NCBI GenBank assembly: GCA_046716885.1
Contig: JBKJWL010000054.1
Span: forward strand, 8,708-72,707
Direction: 5' to 3'
DNA: 64,000 nt
Source of the DNA: Thermoanaerobaculia bacterium
Lineage (GTDB): Bacteria > Acidobacteriota > Thermoanaerobaculia > UBA5066 > Gp7-AA6
Position numbers and translations under genes: made by a program. Positions 1 through 9,695 of this stretch are shown here, piece after piece. The notes below the pieces were generated by a model, which saw only the letters and a list, made by a program, of their open reading frames with translations, made no database searches and was not told the origin of the DNA. The stretch's first letter is position 1. Each line of letters opens with the position of its first letter.

Positions 1-399
1 GATCTCGGCGCGCATGGCGTGCGCGTGCTGCAGCGCGAACCGATGGAACTGCGGATCGGCCAGATCCATCTGCAGGAACGCCAGGCTGTTCGCGAGCGCC
101 TCGGGCGTCTCCACCATGTGCGTCATCGTCGAGGCGACGGCGCTCAGGGCCGCCAGCGCGGAGTCGTGGTCGCGGCGGATGTCGGCGAACTGCCGGTTCA
201 CGGTCTCGGCGCCGTAGCGGGCCACCGCGAGCAGAAGCCCGCGCTTCGAGCCGAAGCGTTGCATCAGGGTCGCGGGGGCGACTCCGGTCTCGCTCGACAC
301 GTCGGCCAGCGTCATCCTCGCCGGGCCGAGGCGGTTGATGACCCGCATGGTTCCCTCGAGGAGGTCTTCGTCGGACTTTTCGCGGGAGCGGGGCGACAT
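1..399 (-). CDS. TetR/AcrR family transcriptional regulator (runs off window start)
   Basis: Hand translation from ATG 399: MSPRSREKSDEDLLEGTMRVINRLGPARMTLADVSSETGVAPATLMQRFGSKRGLL, a TetR HTH. Not in the ORF track because it is truncated. Confidence 0.88.
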   Translation of the reverse strand, partial: MSPRSREKSDEDLLEGTMRVINRLGPARMTLADVSSETGVAPATLMQRFGSKRGLLLAVARYGAETVNRQFADIRRDHDSALAALSAVASTMTHMVETPEALANSLAFLQMDLADPQFHRFALQHAHAMRAEI

Positions 400-405
400 C
401 CGTTG

Positions 406-434
406 ATTATAAATGTTCATTCATTTATAGTCCA
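406..434 (-). promoter_or_regulatory. sigma70 promoter of tetR overlapped by a palindromic operator
   Basis: Minus strand TGGACT-N17-TATAAT-6 nt-ATG. Inverted repeat TATAAATG-N6-CATTTATA at 408-429. Confidence 0.7.
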
Positions 435-517
435 CCCGTTTTCTCCGGCAGGTTCTTGCGGACGTTCCGGCGAAACGGAGTTCGAGGTTTTCCACGCCGG
501 ATCGAAAGGAGCCCAAA

Positions 518-946
518 ATGAAACGTAGCCCCGCCTTCCTGTCGCTTCTCCTCGTCACCGTCTCGGTCGCCGCCGCCATCGCTCAGTCACCCGGCGTGGA
601 CGACTACGAGATGACGACTTACCAGGTCGCCTTCCTGCGGAAGGGGCCGAACTCGACGCCCGGGGACACGCCCGAGCACAAGGCCCTGCAGGCCGCGCAC
701 ATGGCGCACATCGGCAAGATGGCCGAGACCGGCAAGCTGATTCTCGCCGGCCCGTTTGCCGACGGGGGCGACCTGCGCGGACTGTTCATCTTCCGCGTGG
801 ATTCCCTCGAGGAGGCGAAAGCCCTGGCGGAACAGGACCCCGCCGTCAAGGCCGGCCGGCTGGTCATCGAGTGGCATCCCTGGTACGCCGCGAAAAACAT
901 CACGGTCACCCCAAAAGCCGGCCGCTCGGCGCCCGACCCGTCGTAG
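518..946 (+). CDS. YciI-like (YCII-related) protein with signal peptide
   Basis: AHMAHI...GKLILAGPF..GGDLRGLFIF...A.QDPAVKAGRL motif; AAGGAG SD. Confidence 0.85.
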   Translation: MKRSPAFLSLLLVTVSVAAAIAQSPGVDDYEMTTYQVAFLRKGPNSTPGDTPEHKALQAAHMAHIGKMAETGKLILAGPFADGGDLRGLFIFRVDSLEEAKALAEQDPAVKAGRLVIEWHPWYAAKNITVTPKAGRSAPDPS

Positions 947-968
947 AATCCCCTCTTCGGAGGTGGGA

Positions 969-1385
969 ATGGCTTTCCGGGTCGTCCGTTCACTGGCCGT
1001 CGTGTCGGCGCTTTTCGTAATTTCGCTCTGTGTTTACGCAGCGGAACCTGCACCGCCGTTCTGTCCGCCTGTCGACGCTCCCGCGCTGGCGGCGCCCGGC
1101 GTGCGGGCCTTCACGGATCCGGTGACGGGAAAGCGTCGCGCTCCCACGGCCGCCGAGTTGCGGCAGATCGCGGAGGAGCGCCTGCAGACCCGCCGCGCAA
1201 AAATCTCGGCTCTCGTCGTGGAGACCCACTCGGGGGGAATGAAGTCGGTCGACCTCGGCGACGCCTTCCTGATGGAGGTCGTGCTGGAGAAGGGCCCCGA
1301 CGGCAAGTCGCGCACGCGATGCGCCCCAGCGTCGGGCCGGGCGGCCGCGGCGAGCGGCGTCCCCGCCGGGGAGAAGCAGCCATGA
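969..1385 (+). CDS. small secreted protein (post-PEP-CTERM-1-like / propeptide-like)
   Basis: GGAGG SD then ATG 969; signal peptide; GVRAFTDPVTGKRRAPTAAE motif; ATGA overlap with the downstream peptidase. Confidence 0.7.
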   Translation: MAFRVVRSLAVVSALFVISLCVYAAEPAPPFCPPVDAPALAAPGVRAFTDPVTGKRRAPTAAELRQIAEERLQTRRAKISALVVETHSGGMKSVDLGDAFLMEVVLEKGPDGKSRTRCAPASGRAAAASGVPAGEKQP

Positions 1386-2875
1386 GCGCTCGCGGGCTCC
1401 AAAGTGCAGCCGCGACCCTGTCCGTGCTCGCCTGCCTCGCCGCGGCGCCGGCTCGCCGGGGCGAAGCGGCGACGATCGTGGTCGTCAACGGAAACCAGCC
1501 CGGAGTAGGCTTCAACGACCCCGCGCCCGCGACACCGGTCGGCGGCAACTCGGGCACCACGGTGGGCCAACAGCGGCTCATCGCATTCCAACACGCCGCC
1601 GATCTCTGGGGCGCACTGCTCGAGAGCCCGGTGGAGATCCGCGTCCGCGCCACCTTCGAAGGTCTGACCTGCTCCGCGACCACCGGTACCCTCGGCGCCG
1701 CCGCTCCCCTGCGCACCGTAATGGATTTTCCCGGCGCGCCGCTGCCGGACACCTGGTACCCGGTGGCCCTCGCCAACCGGATCGCCGCGACCGACCTCTT
1801 CCCCGGCATCGACGACATCGAGGCCCGGTTCAATTCCAATCTGGGTGCCACGGGCTGCCTCGAAGGAAGCAGCTGGTACTACGGCCTCGACAACGCGCAC
1901 GGCGATGGGACGGACCTCGTGGCCGTGCTCCTCCACGAGCTCGGCCACGGCCTCGGCTTCATCTCCCTCGTGGACGACGAAAGCGGGGTCGAGTTCTTCG
2001 GGTCTCAGGACGTGTTCGAGACTCGAATCCTCGACACCTCCACGAACAAGCACTGGAACGACATGACCGATCTCGAGCGCAGCGCCTCGGCCGTAAACTC
2101 GGGCCGGGTCGTCTGGGACGGCCCCGCCGTGACGGCGGCCGTGCCCGCAACCCTGTCCGGGCTCCCCGTCCTCACGGTGTCCTCGCCTCCGGATCTCGCC
2201 GGCGACTACGACGTCGGCACCGCGTCCTTCGGCGGCGCGCTCACCGCCGCCGGTCTCTCGGCCCCTCTCGTGGCGGCGATCGATCCGGCCGACGCCGCCG
2301 GGCCCTCCTCGACCGACGCGTGCTCCGCCCTGACCAATGCCGGCGAGGTTGCAGGAAAGGTCGCCCTCGTCGACCGCGGAACCTGCTTCTTCGTGATCAA
2401 GGCGGCCAACGTCCAGGCCGCGGGGGGACGGGGAATCGTCATCGTGGACAACGTCGCAGGGACGATCCCCCCGGGTTTGGGCGGGGACGACCCGAGCATC
2501 ACGATCCCGGTCATCAGCCTCACGCAGGCCGACGGCAACGCCCTCCGGGCCGCCCTGGTTACGGGAGTCGGCGTCACTCTCCGGGTCAACACCCGGCGCC
2601 TGGCGGGCGCGGGCCTCGAGAATCGCGCGATCCTGTTTTCGCCCAACCCACTCCAGTCCGGCTCCTCGACGTCGCATTGGGACACGAGCGCAGTGCCGAA
2701 CCTTCTGATGGAGCCCAACATCAACGACGATCTGCCTCACGCGGTCGATCTGACGCTGCCGCTTCTGCGGGACATCGGGTGGAAATCGGACGCCGACCCG
2801 GGGACCGACCCGCGTCAGGCCCCGCGAGAGACGGCCTCGGCGCGCGAGCCTGCCGTCGTCGCGCCGCGCCCGTAG
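1382..2875 (+). CDS. secreted PA-domain zinc metallopeptidase
   Basis: HELGHGLG zinc motif; PA domain (GKVALVDRGTCFFVIKAANVQAAG); SHWD...LMEP; signal peptide. Confidence 0.88.
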   Translation: MSARGLQSAAATLSVLACLAAAPARRGEAATIVVVNGNQPGVGFNDPAPATPVGGNSGTTVGQQRLIAFQHAADLWGALLESPVEIRVRATFEGLTCSATTGTLGAAAPLRTVMDFPGAPLPDTWYPVALANRIAATDLFPGIDDIEARFNSNLGATGCLEGSSWYYGLDNAHGDGTDLVAVLLHELGHGLGFISLVDDESGVEFFGSQDVFETRILDTSTNKHWNDMTDLERSASAVNSGRVVWDGPAVTAAVPATLSGLPVLTVSSPPDLAGDYDVGTASFGGALTAAGLSAPLVAAIDPADAAGPSSTDACSALTNAGEVAGKVALVDRGTCFFVIKAANVQAAGGRGIVIVDNVAGTIPPGLGGDDPSITIPVISLTQADGNALRAALVTGVGVTLRVNTRRLAGAGLENRAILFSPNPLQSGSSTSHWDTSAVPNLLMEPNINDDLPHAVDLTLPLLRDIGWKSDADPGTDPRQAPRETASAREPAVVAPRP

Positions 2876-2900
2876 CGCCCGCCCGACTGGAGAAGCCGGA

Positions 2901-3305
2901 TCAACTCTGGGCCATCCTCTCGATCTGGGCCCACTCCTTGTCGGAGACGGGCATGACCGAAAGGCGGGAGATCCGGACCAGCGGGAAGTCCTTGAAGACG
3001 GGCCGCGCCTTGATCTCGGCGAGCGTGACGGGGCGCTTCAGCTTCTTCACGGGCACGACCTCCACGGCGTAGAGTTTGCCGCTCTTGTCCTTCGGATCGG
3101 CGTACGCGTCGCCCGCGGCCTTCGCGATCGCGACGACGGACTTCTCGCCACCCGTGTGGTAGTAGAAGATCCGGTCGCCCTTCTTGACGGAGCGCAGGTG
3201 CTTCTGAGCGAGCGGGTTCTTGACGCCTGTCCAGCTCGTCTTCCCGTCCCGCACGAGATCGTCGAAGGAGTAGTGCGTCGGCTCTTCCTTGAAGAGAAAG
3301 TTCAT
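2901..3305 (-). CDS. EVE domain-containing protein
   Basis: FLFKEEP..YSFDDL...TSWTGVKN...GDRIFYYHTG...SRLSVMPV. Confidence 0.92.
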   Translation of the reverse strand: MNFLFKEEPTHYSFDDLVRDGKTSWTGVKNPLAQKHLRSVKKGDRIFYYHTGGEKSVVAIAKAAGDAYADPKDKSGKLYAVEVVPVKKLKRPVTLAEIKARPVFKDFPLVRISRLSVMPVSDKEWAQIERMAQS

Positions 3306-3574
3306 TGGCCGGCCTTCGACGCGGCGGGCGCCGCCGGCTTCGGCCGGTTGCGGTAGCGCTCGTAGAGCCGCTTCTGCTTATCGGTCAGATCGAGCGCACG
3401 GCCGTCCAGGTACGCCCCGACGACGCGAGAGCGCATGTCGGGGGCGACGATCACGCGGGCGCCCGTGAGCGCAAAGGCCAGTCGGTCGGCGCCGCGCGGC
3501 GAGGCGGCGGAGATCGAGACGGCGAGACAAGCCATCAGCAGTGGAGCGAGCGCCTTACGAATGAGTCTGCTCAT
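3302..3574 (-). pseudogene. internally deleted amidohydrolase (N-terminus fused to extreme C-terminus)
   Basis: Signal peptide and FALTGARVIVAP joined directly to DMRSRVVGAYLDGRALDLTDKQKRLYERY; the catalytic barrel is absent; 90 aa. Confidence 0.6.
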
Positions 3575-3656
3575 GCCGGCGCGAGATTCTATATGCTTCG
3601 CCTTCGCGGACGACACGGGCCGTGCCCGGACTGCCGCTCATGAAACAGGAGGAACG

Positions 3657-4295
3657 ATGACTCGGAAGATCTCGATTCTCGGAATCAGCTTGATTCTCGC
3701 CGCGGGGAGCCTCGCCTCGGCGCAGGAGCGCAAGCCTTTGAGCCCCGCGGGAACCGCCGCGACGATGGTCGGTGGCAAGTGGGGGGCGCCGGACAAGGAC
3801 GGCGAGAGGGAGTACACCGGCGGAAAGTGGATCGAAGTGTCCTACGCCCGCCCCATGCTGCGCGGACGCACGGACGTTTTCGGGAAGGCCGCCGACTACG
3901 GCAAGACGGTCACCGGCGGCGCTCCGGTCTGGCGCGCGGGCGCGAACGCGACCACGAAGCTGATGACCGAGGTCCCTCTGATGATCGGCGGCAAGCGGGT
4001 CGAGCCCGGTACCTACGGCGTGTTCGTGGACCTGAAGGAGGGCGCCTGGACGCTCGTCGTCTCCAAGCAGCCCATGCAGGATAAGTACGACCCCAACGAC
4101 AAGACGAAGATCTGGGGCTCCTACGGCTACGACGTCAAGTTCGACGTCGTGCGCGTTCCGATGACGATGATCACGCCCAAGGCGTCGATCGAACAGTTCA
4201 CCATCGGCTTCGTCGACATGACCGACGCCGGCGGCAAGCTCGCGATGGCGTGGGAGAAGACCGCAGCCGTCGCTCCCTTTACCGTCGCGCCGTAG
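3657..4295 (+). CDS. DUF2911 domain secreted protein
   Basis: AGGAGG SD; LSP...IEVSYARP.LRGR..FG...WRAGANATT...EQFTI. Confidence 0.88.
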   Translation: MTRKISILGISLILAAGSLASAQERKPLSPAGTAATMVGGKWGAPDKDGEREYTGGKWIEVSYARPMLRGRTDVFGKAADYGKTVTGGAPVWRAGANATTKLMTEVPLMIGGKRVEPGTYGVFVDLKEGAWTLVVSKQPMQDKYDPNDKTKIWGSYGYDVKFDVVRVPMTMITPKASIEQFTIGFVDMTDAGGKLAMAWEKTAAVAPFTVAP

Positions 4296-4299
4296 CGGG

Positions 4300-6288
4300 A
4301 TGATGCGAGTAGCGGGAGGGGCCCGGCCCCTCCCCTACATTCTCGTGCTGGCCGCCTCGGCGGCGACCGCCCAGGAGCGCGCCATCCCGTTCTGGCCCAA
4401 CGAGGTGCCGGCGGCGATCCACGCGGAGGTGGACGGCGTCGCGGTCCTCGAGACGGTGCGGGAGCTCTCGCGGTTCCACCGCGTGCAAGGCTCCCCCGGC
4501 TTCGCGGCCGCGGCCGAGCACCTGCAGCGGAAGCTGCTCGCCGCCGGAGTCGGGGACGCCGCGATCGAACGCTTCCCCGCCGACGGGAAGACGCGCTACG
4601 CCCACTTTCGCAGCTACCTCGGCTGGGACCCGCGCTGGGCGACCCTCGAAGAGATTTCTCCGGCGCCGAGGCTGCACGCATCCTTCTCGCGTATGCCGGT
4701 GGCCCTCGCCGACTATTCGCAGGACGCGGACGTGACGGCGGAGCTCGTCGACGTCGGCAAAGGCACGTCAGCCGCCGACTACCAGGGTAAGGACGTCCGC
4801 GGCAAGATCGTGCTGGCCGACGGAGACCTCCCGACGGTCCACCGACTCGCCAGCATGGAGCGCGGGGCGGCAGGGTTCCTGTCCGACTACCCCAACCAGA
4901 CGACCGCCTGGTCGGGGGACGATCGCGATCTCGTCCGCTGGGGCCACCTCGACCCCTACCAGACGGCGAACCGCTTCGCCTTCATGATCTCGAAACGCCA
5001 GGCGCAGGCCTTTCGGGAACGCCTCTCGCGCGGCAGGGTCGTGCTGCGAGCCCGCGTCGCGGCGAAGATGGTTCCGGCCACGTACGACGTCGTCGTCGCG
5101 ACGATCCCCGGCGCCGACCCGGGAGCCGGCGAGGTCGCCCTGACCGCGCACCTCTGCCACCAATCCGCCGGTGCCAACGACAATGCGTCCGGCAGCGCGG
5201 CGATCTTCGAGATCGCGCGCGCGCTCCAGAGCGGGATCCAGAAAAAGACGCTCCCGCGCCCGAAGCGGACGATCCGGTTCCTCTGGGTGCCGGAGATCGC
5301 GGGATCGCAGGTCTATCTCATCCGTCACCCGGAGGTCGCGAAGCGGCTCGTTGCGGGCGTGCACATGGACATGGTCGGCGGCCTTCTCGCAACCACGAAA
5401 GGCACCCTCCATATCTCCCGAACCGCCGAGACACTTCCCCACGTCGCTAACGAGATCGCGCGCTTCTTCCTCGACGAGGTCGCCGCGGCTTCGGCACGCT
5501 ACGCGGAGCAGGGCGGGGACCCCTACGCCGGCTTCGTGTGGCTTCCGGGCTCGCGCGAGCCTTTGCTCGCCGACCTCCGGCCGCTCGAGCTCGGGAGCGA
5601 TCACCAGGTGTTCCAGGACTCGACCTTCGCCGTCCCGATGCTCTACTTCCACGATTGGCCCGACGTCACGATTCACACCAACAAGGACCAGCCGGAGAAC
5701 CTCGACGCGACGAAGCTGGGGCGAGTCGCCTACATGGGCGCCGGCATCGCCTGGACTCTCGCGGCCCTGCCCGACGCCGAGGCGCCGCGGCTGCTGACCG
5801 CCGCGCGCGCAGGCACCGAGGAGCGGATCGCCCGGGCGGGCGCTGCCGCGGGTCCCGACACGCCGCTCGTCCGGAGAGAGGCCGCCGCGGCCGGCGCCGA
5901 AACCCTGGCGTCCGTCGCCGCGCTCTGGCCGTCGACGTCCGGGGACGCCGCTCGCGAGATCGAGCGCCTGCGCCGGCTCGCGTCGGCGCCGGCGGGCGGG
6001 CGGCCCACCGATCCCCGGGTTCCCACGCGCAATCTCGAGATCCGCGGGCCCCTGGACATCTACTACTCGAGCTATGTCCAGGAAACAATCGATCCCGCGG
6101 GAGCAGCCACCTTCCCCTCGGCCTCCGAGACGGTCTTGTACGAAGCCTTCAACCTGGTGGACGGCAGGCGCAGCGTTTCGCAAATCCGCGACATCCTGGC
6201 CGGACGCTACGGCTTCGCGCCGCTTCCGGCGATCACGGCGTACTTCGAGCTCCTCGCGAAGGCGGGCGCCCTCACCCTGTCTCCTTGA
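4300..6288 (+). CDS. M28 family (DUF4910-like) aminopeptidase with PA-like insert
   Basis: AHLCH, GANDNASG, WVPE, HMDMVG, SDH, IHTNKD zinc-peptidase motifs. Confidence 0.85.
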   Translation: MMRVAGGARPLPYILVLAASAATAQERAIPFWPNEVPAAIHAEVDGVAVLETVRELSRFHRVQGSPGFAAAAEHLQRKLLAAGVGDAAIERFPADGKTRYAHFRSYLGWDPRWATLEEISPAPRLHASFSRMPVALADYSQDADVTAELVDVGKGTSAADYQGKDVRGKIVLADGDLPTVHRLASMERGAAGFLSDYPNQTTAWSGDDRDLVRWGHLDPYQTANRFAFMISKRQAQAFRERLSRGRVVLRARVAAKMVPATYDVVVATIPGADPGAGEVALTAHLCHQSAGANDNASGSAAIFEIARALQSGIQKKTLPRPKRTIRFLWVPEIAGSQVYLIRHPEVAKRLVAGVHMDMVGGLLATTKGTLHISRTAETLPHVANEIARFFLDEVAAASARYAEQGGDPYAGFVWLPGSREPLLADLRPLELGSDHQVFQDSTFAVPMLYFHDWPDVTIHTNKDQPENLDATKLGRVAYMGAGIAWTLAALPDAEAPRLLTAARAGTEERIARAGAAAGPDTPLVRREAAAAGAETLASVAALWPSTSGDAAREIERLRRLASAPAGGRPTDPRVPTRNLEIRGPLDIYYSSYVQETIDPAGAATFPSASETVLYEAFNLVDGRRSVSQIRDILAGRYGFAPLPAITAYFELLAKAGALTLSP

Positions 6289-7313
6289 GAATCGCTCAGA
6301 TCGCGTCGATCGCTTTCTCCGTGCCCCCGAAATCGCACGGTGGCACCGAGATCGCGATCGACCTCCTGACGCGCGGCCTCGTGGCCCGGGGCCACGACGT
6401 CACACTCTTCGCCTCGGGCGACTCGAAGACGACCGCGCGGCTCCACGCGGTCGTACCCCGGGCGACGCAGGGCGACTCCTCCGCCACGTCGTACCTCGAA
6501 CGGGAGTACGAAGTCCGCAACGCCGCGGAGGCCTATCGGATGGCCGATCGTTTCGACGTCCTGCACTCGCACTGGCCGACACCCGCGGCCTACTTCTCCG
6601 ACTCGACGCCGAAGCCGAGCGTCATGACCTACGCCTACATCGAGAAGACGCTCCACGATTACTACCGCGCCAGCTACCCGAACCTGCATCCCGTTTGCCT
6701 CACCGAGGCGCAGGATCGGATGCTCGGCGGGGGGCTTCCCGTCATTCCGTACGGCGTGGACGTGGCACGGATCCCCTTCGTCGCCGCGCCGGAGGACTAC
6801 TTCGTCACGGTCGGACGGCTCGTTCCTCACAAGGGCGCGGATCGGGCCATCGCGATCGCGCGGCGGCTCGGCCGTCCGCTGGTGATCGTCGGCGCGGTCA
6901 CACCGTACCTCTCCGACAGCGAGCCGTACTTCGAGGAGAAGATCCGGCCGCACCTGGACGGGCGGACGGTCATTCACCACCCGCACCTTCCAAACGACGA
7001 GGTCGTGAAGCTCGTCGGCCGCGCCTCCGCCTTCCTCTTCCCCATCTCCTGGGACGAACCCTTCGGGCTCGTCGTGGCTGAAGCCATGGCGGCGGGCACT
7101 CCGGTCCTCGCGGCGCCCCGAGGCTCGCTGCCCGAGCTCGTGGAGCACGGCGTCACGGGGTTCCTGGGCGGGACCGACGCGGAGCTCGCCGGGTACGCCG
7201 AACGGATCGGGGAGATCGACCGCGCCGCCTGCCGGCGCCGCGCGCAAGAGCTCTTCAGCGCGGAGCGGATGGTCGCCGATTACGAATCGTTCTACCGGCG
7301 GCTCATCGGGTAG
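6285..7313 (+). CDS. glycosyltransferase family 4
   Basis: TTG start overlapping the upstream TGA; RIAQIAS...VPP..HGGTE, GHDVTLFASGDS, EPFGLVVAEAMAAGTPV. Confidence 0.92.
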   Translation: MRIAQIASIAFSVPPKSHGGTEIAIDLLTRGLVARGHDVTLFASGDSKTTARLHAVVPRATQGDSSATSYLEREYEVRNAAEAYRMADRFDVLHSHWPTPAAYFSDSTPKPSVMTYAYIEKTLHDYYRASYPNLHPVCLTEAQDRMLGGGLPVIPYGVDVARIPFVAAPEDYFVTVGRLVPHKGADRAIAIARRLGRPLVIVGAVTPYLSDSEPYFEEKIRPHLDGRTVIHHPHLPNDEVVKLVGRASAFLFPISWDEPFGLVVAEAMAAGTPVLAAPRGSLPELVEHGVTGFLGGTDAELAGYAERIGEIDRAACRRRAQELFSAERMVADYESFYRRLIG

Positions 7314-8502
7314 CTTGCGCCCCGGGGCGTCGTTGGGCTCGGGGCCGATCGCGACAGTCGTCCCGGTTCTCCTCCGCAAAAAGTAGGAGCTCGACGGGCG
7401 TCGACGCCGCCGCGCCCTCCGCCATTTTCGCCGCGACCGTTCCGGCGCGCTCGGGCGTGACGAACCCGTCCGAGGCCGCAAACTGCGCCGCGTAGTAGAG
7501 CTGGCCGTCGCGCGGATCGCGCCACACCGCGCCGACCGACAGGACCAGCGCGACCGACCTGCCGTCGCGCGAGGCGTGCGAGAAAATCTCGACGTCCTTG
7601 AAGTGCCCGCCGCGCACGTTTCGGTGCCTTCCCTCGAGGCCCGTCGTTCCTGCCTGCCGGTCGAGGCACCCCCGGTACTGCATATTCTCAGGCAGCGCCT
7701 GACGCTCTTCGAGCCGTAGGGTCCAGCTCGCGAAGAGGTTCCCCTCCGAAGGGTGGCTCCGCGCACCGAGGGGGCGAGGCTCGCAGCCCGAGCCGGGCTC
7801 CGAGGAGGCCGTGACGGCGAGGGTCTCCTCACCGCGGGTCCACTCGATCGAAACGGGAGGCCCGGCTCCGACGACGAGACCGCCGCGGATCTGCTCCGAC
7901 GGTCCCTCGATGGCGAGAAACCGCCGGCGGAAGATTTGATCGTAGGCCAGCTGGACCACCGTGATCGACGTTTCGTCATCGCCGGGTATCGGCAGGTCGA
8001 TTGTCTGGGCCGCGGCCGAGGGAAAGAGGGGACCCCAGCAAAGCTCCGAGCGGCCGGCGCGCGTCGTCACGAAGAGCGGGGCAAGCTCCGGCGGGGGGCC
8101 GGATTCGGGCTCCCCCTGCATGCGGGACGTGCGGAAGTACTCGGACAGGAGCATTCGGGGCGACTCGGAGAACGCATCCGGCAGCGCAGGAGGTGGCCTG
8201 CGCTCCGCCGGCAAAGAGACCACGAGCCGCTGCTCGACGACGCGGATCGATAGGCCCGTGCGCGCGGACAACGCCCCGAGCGCGCGCTCGAAGGGCAGGT
8301 TCTCGATCCGCAACGTCACCGGGTCGTTCGCGGCGTCCCCGGTGTCCGGCTCGAAGACCGGCTCGAGATGCCCGAGCGCGGCCAGACTCGAGATGATCTC
8401 GCCGAGCGCCATGTCGACCACGTCGAGATCGACCGGCGGGAGGGGCTCGCGTCCCGCCGGCCCCGCAAGAGCGATCACCAGGACGACGACGGCGAGCGGC
8501 AT
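7303..8502 (-). CDS. secreted hypothetical protein with N-terminal STN/secretin-N-like domain
   Basis: GGAGG SD; signal peptide; VDLDVVDMALGEII...VTLRIENLPFERAL...GLSIRVVEQRLVV; the rest is unrecognised. Confidence 0.6.
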   Translation of the reverse strand: MPLAVVVLVIALAGPAGREPLPPVDLDVVDMALGEIISSLAALGHLEPVFEPDTGDAANDPVTLRIENLPFERALGALSARTGLSIRVVEQRLVVSLPAERRPPPALPDAFSESPRMLLSEYFRTSRMQGEPESGPPPELAPLFVTTRAGRSELCWGPLFPSAAAQTIDLPIPGDDETSITVVQLAYDQIFRRRFLAIEGPSEQIRGGLVVGAGPPVSIEWTRGEETLAVTASSEPGSGCEPRPLGARSHPSEGNLFASWTLRLEERQALPENMQYRGCLDRQAGTTGLEGRHRNVRGGHFKDVEIFSHASRDGRSVALVLSVGAVWRDPRDGQLYYAAQFAASDGFVTPERAGTVAAKMAEGAAASTPVELLLFAEENRDDCRDRPRAQRRPGAQATR

Positions 8503-8549
8503 AAGGACCTCCAGGGCAGTGTACGCTCGATTCCGGCTATCCTTCGACC

Positions 8550-9695
8550 GTGCCCTTCGACTTCTCCGCCGAGAACCTGGACCGCGAGTTCCCCGTTCGC
8601 CGGAACCTGATCTATCTCAATCACGCGGCGGTGGCGCCGCTGCCGCGCCGCGTGGCGGAAGCGATGACGGCGCACGTCGAGAGCGTCCGCGATCGCGGTG
8701 CCGCGGACTGGCGGCGCTGGTATGGAGACATCGAGAAGGCGCGGGAGAAAACGGCGCGGTTCATCGGCGCCTCCACCACCGAAGTCGCGTTCCTGCCGAA
8801 CACCTCCTGGGCCGTCAACCTCGTCGCGCTCGCCTTCCCCTGGAAGGAGGGCGACAACGTCGTCACCGACGACATGGAGTTCCCGTCGAACGCCTACCCG
8901 TGGCGGGCGCTTGCGGGACGCGGCGTCGAGTGCCGTGTCGCGAAAAATCGGTCGGGACGCGTGACGCTCGAGGACCTCGCCGCCCGGGTGGACGCCCGGA
9001 CCCGGGTCATCGCGATCTCGTGGGTCGCGTTCCACAACGGCTGGGTCTTCCCCGTCTCGGAGATCGGGGCCTTCTGCCGGGAGCGCGGGATCCTCCTCTT
9101 CGTCGACGCCATCCAGGGCCTCGGCGCGCTCCCAATGGACGTGGGCCGAGCCGGCATCCACGTTCTCGCCGCCGACGCGCACAAGTGGCTCTACGGTTGC
9201 GAAGGCGGCGCCGTCTTCTTCGTGGCCGAGGAAGCGCGCGAGCGCGTGCCGGCAATCGTCTCGGGCTGGTGGAGCCTCAAGACCGAGGGTGAGTACCTCG
9301 AGTACCGGGCCACACCGTACGCCGGCGCGCGCCGCTACGAGCCGGGCACGCTCCCGACCGACCACGTCCTGGGGCTCTCCGCGGCCCTCGATCTGTTGAA
9401 CGAAATGGGCCGGACGACCGTGCGGGACCGTATCCTCGAGATGGCAACGGGGCTGCGCGACGGCCTGTCCGCGCGCGGATGGAGGATCTCGACGCCCGAG
9501 CCGCTCGCCTCCGGCATCCTGGCCGCCGTGCCTCCGCGCGGCGACGTCCATTCCTGGGCGAAGGCCCTCGAAGAGCGCGGCGTCATCGTCGCCCCCCGCG
9601 AGGGCGCGGTGCGCTTCTCGCCGCACGCGGGCAACGACGCCAGCGAGATCGACCGCGCGCTCTCGGAGATCGACGGGATCGCCCGGGAAACCTAG
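8550..9695 (+). CDS. class V PLP-dependent aminotransferase (cysteine desulfurase/lyase-like)
   Basis: IYLNHAAVAP, EFPSN, VDAIQGLG, AHKWL (PLP Lys), RYEPGT. Confidence 0.92.
   Translation: MPFDFSAENLDREFPVRRNLIYLNHAAVAPLPRRVAEAMTAHVESVRDRGAADWRRWYGDIEKAREKTARFIGASTTEVAFLPNTSWAVNLVALAFPWKEGDNVVTDDMEFPSNAYPWRALAGRGVECRVAKNRSGRVTLEDLAARVDARTRVIAISWVAFHNGWVFPVSEIGAFCRERGILLFVDAIQGLGALPMDVGRAGIHVLAADAHKWLYGCEGGAVFFVAEEARERVPAIVSGWWSLKTEGEYLEYRATPYAGARRYEPGTLPTDHVLGLSAALDLLNEMGRTTVRDRILEMATGLRDGLSARGWRISTPEPLASGILAAVPPRGDVHSWAKALEERGVIVAPREGAVRFSPHAGNDASEIDRALSEIDGIARET

Noticed and set aside
5538-6284. N-terminal extension of the GT4 ORF
   Set aside because: Overlaps the M28 gene in another frame; the GT4 fold starts at TTG 6285.
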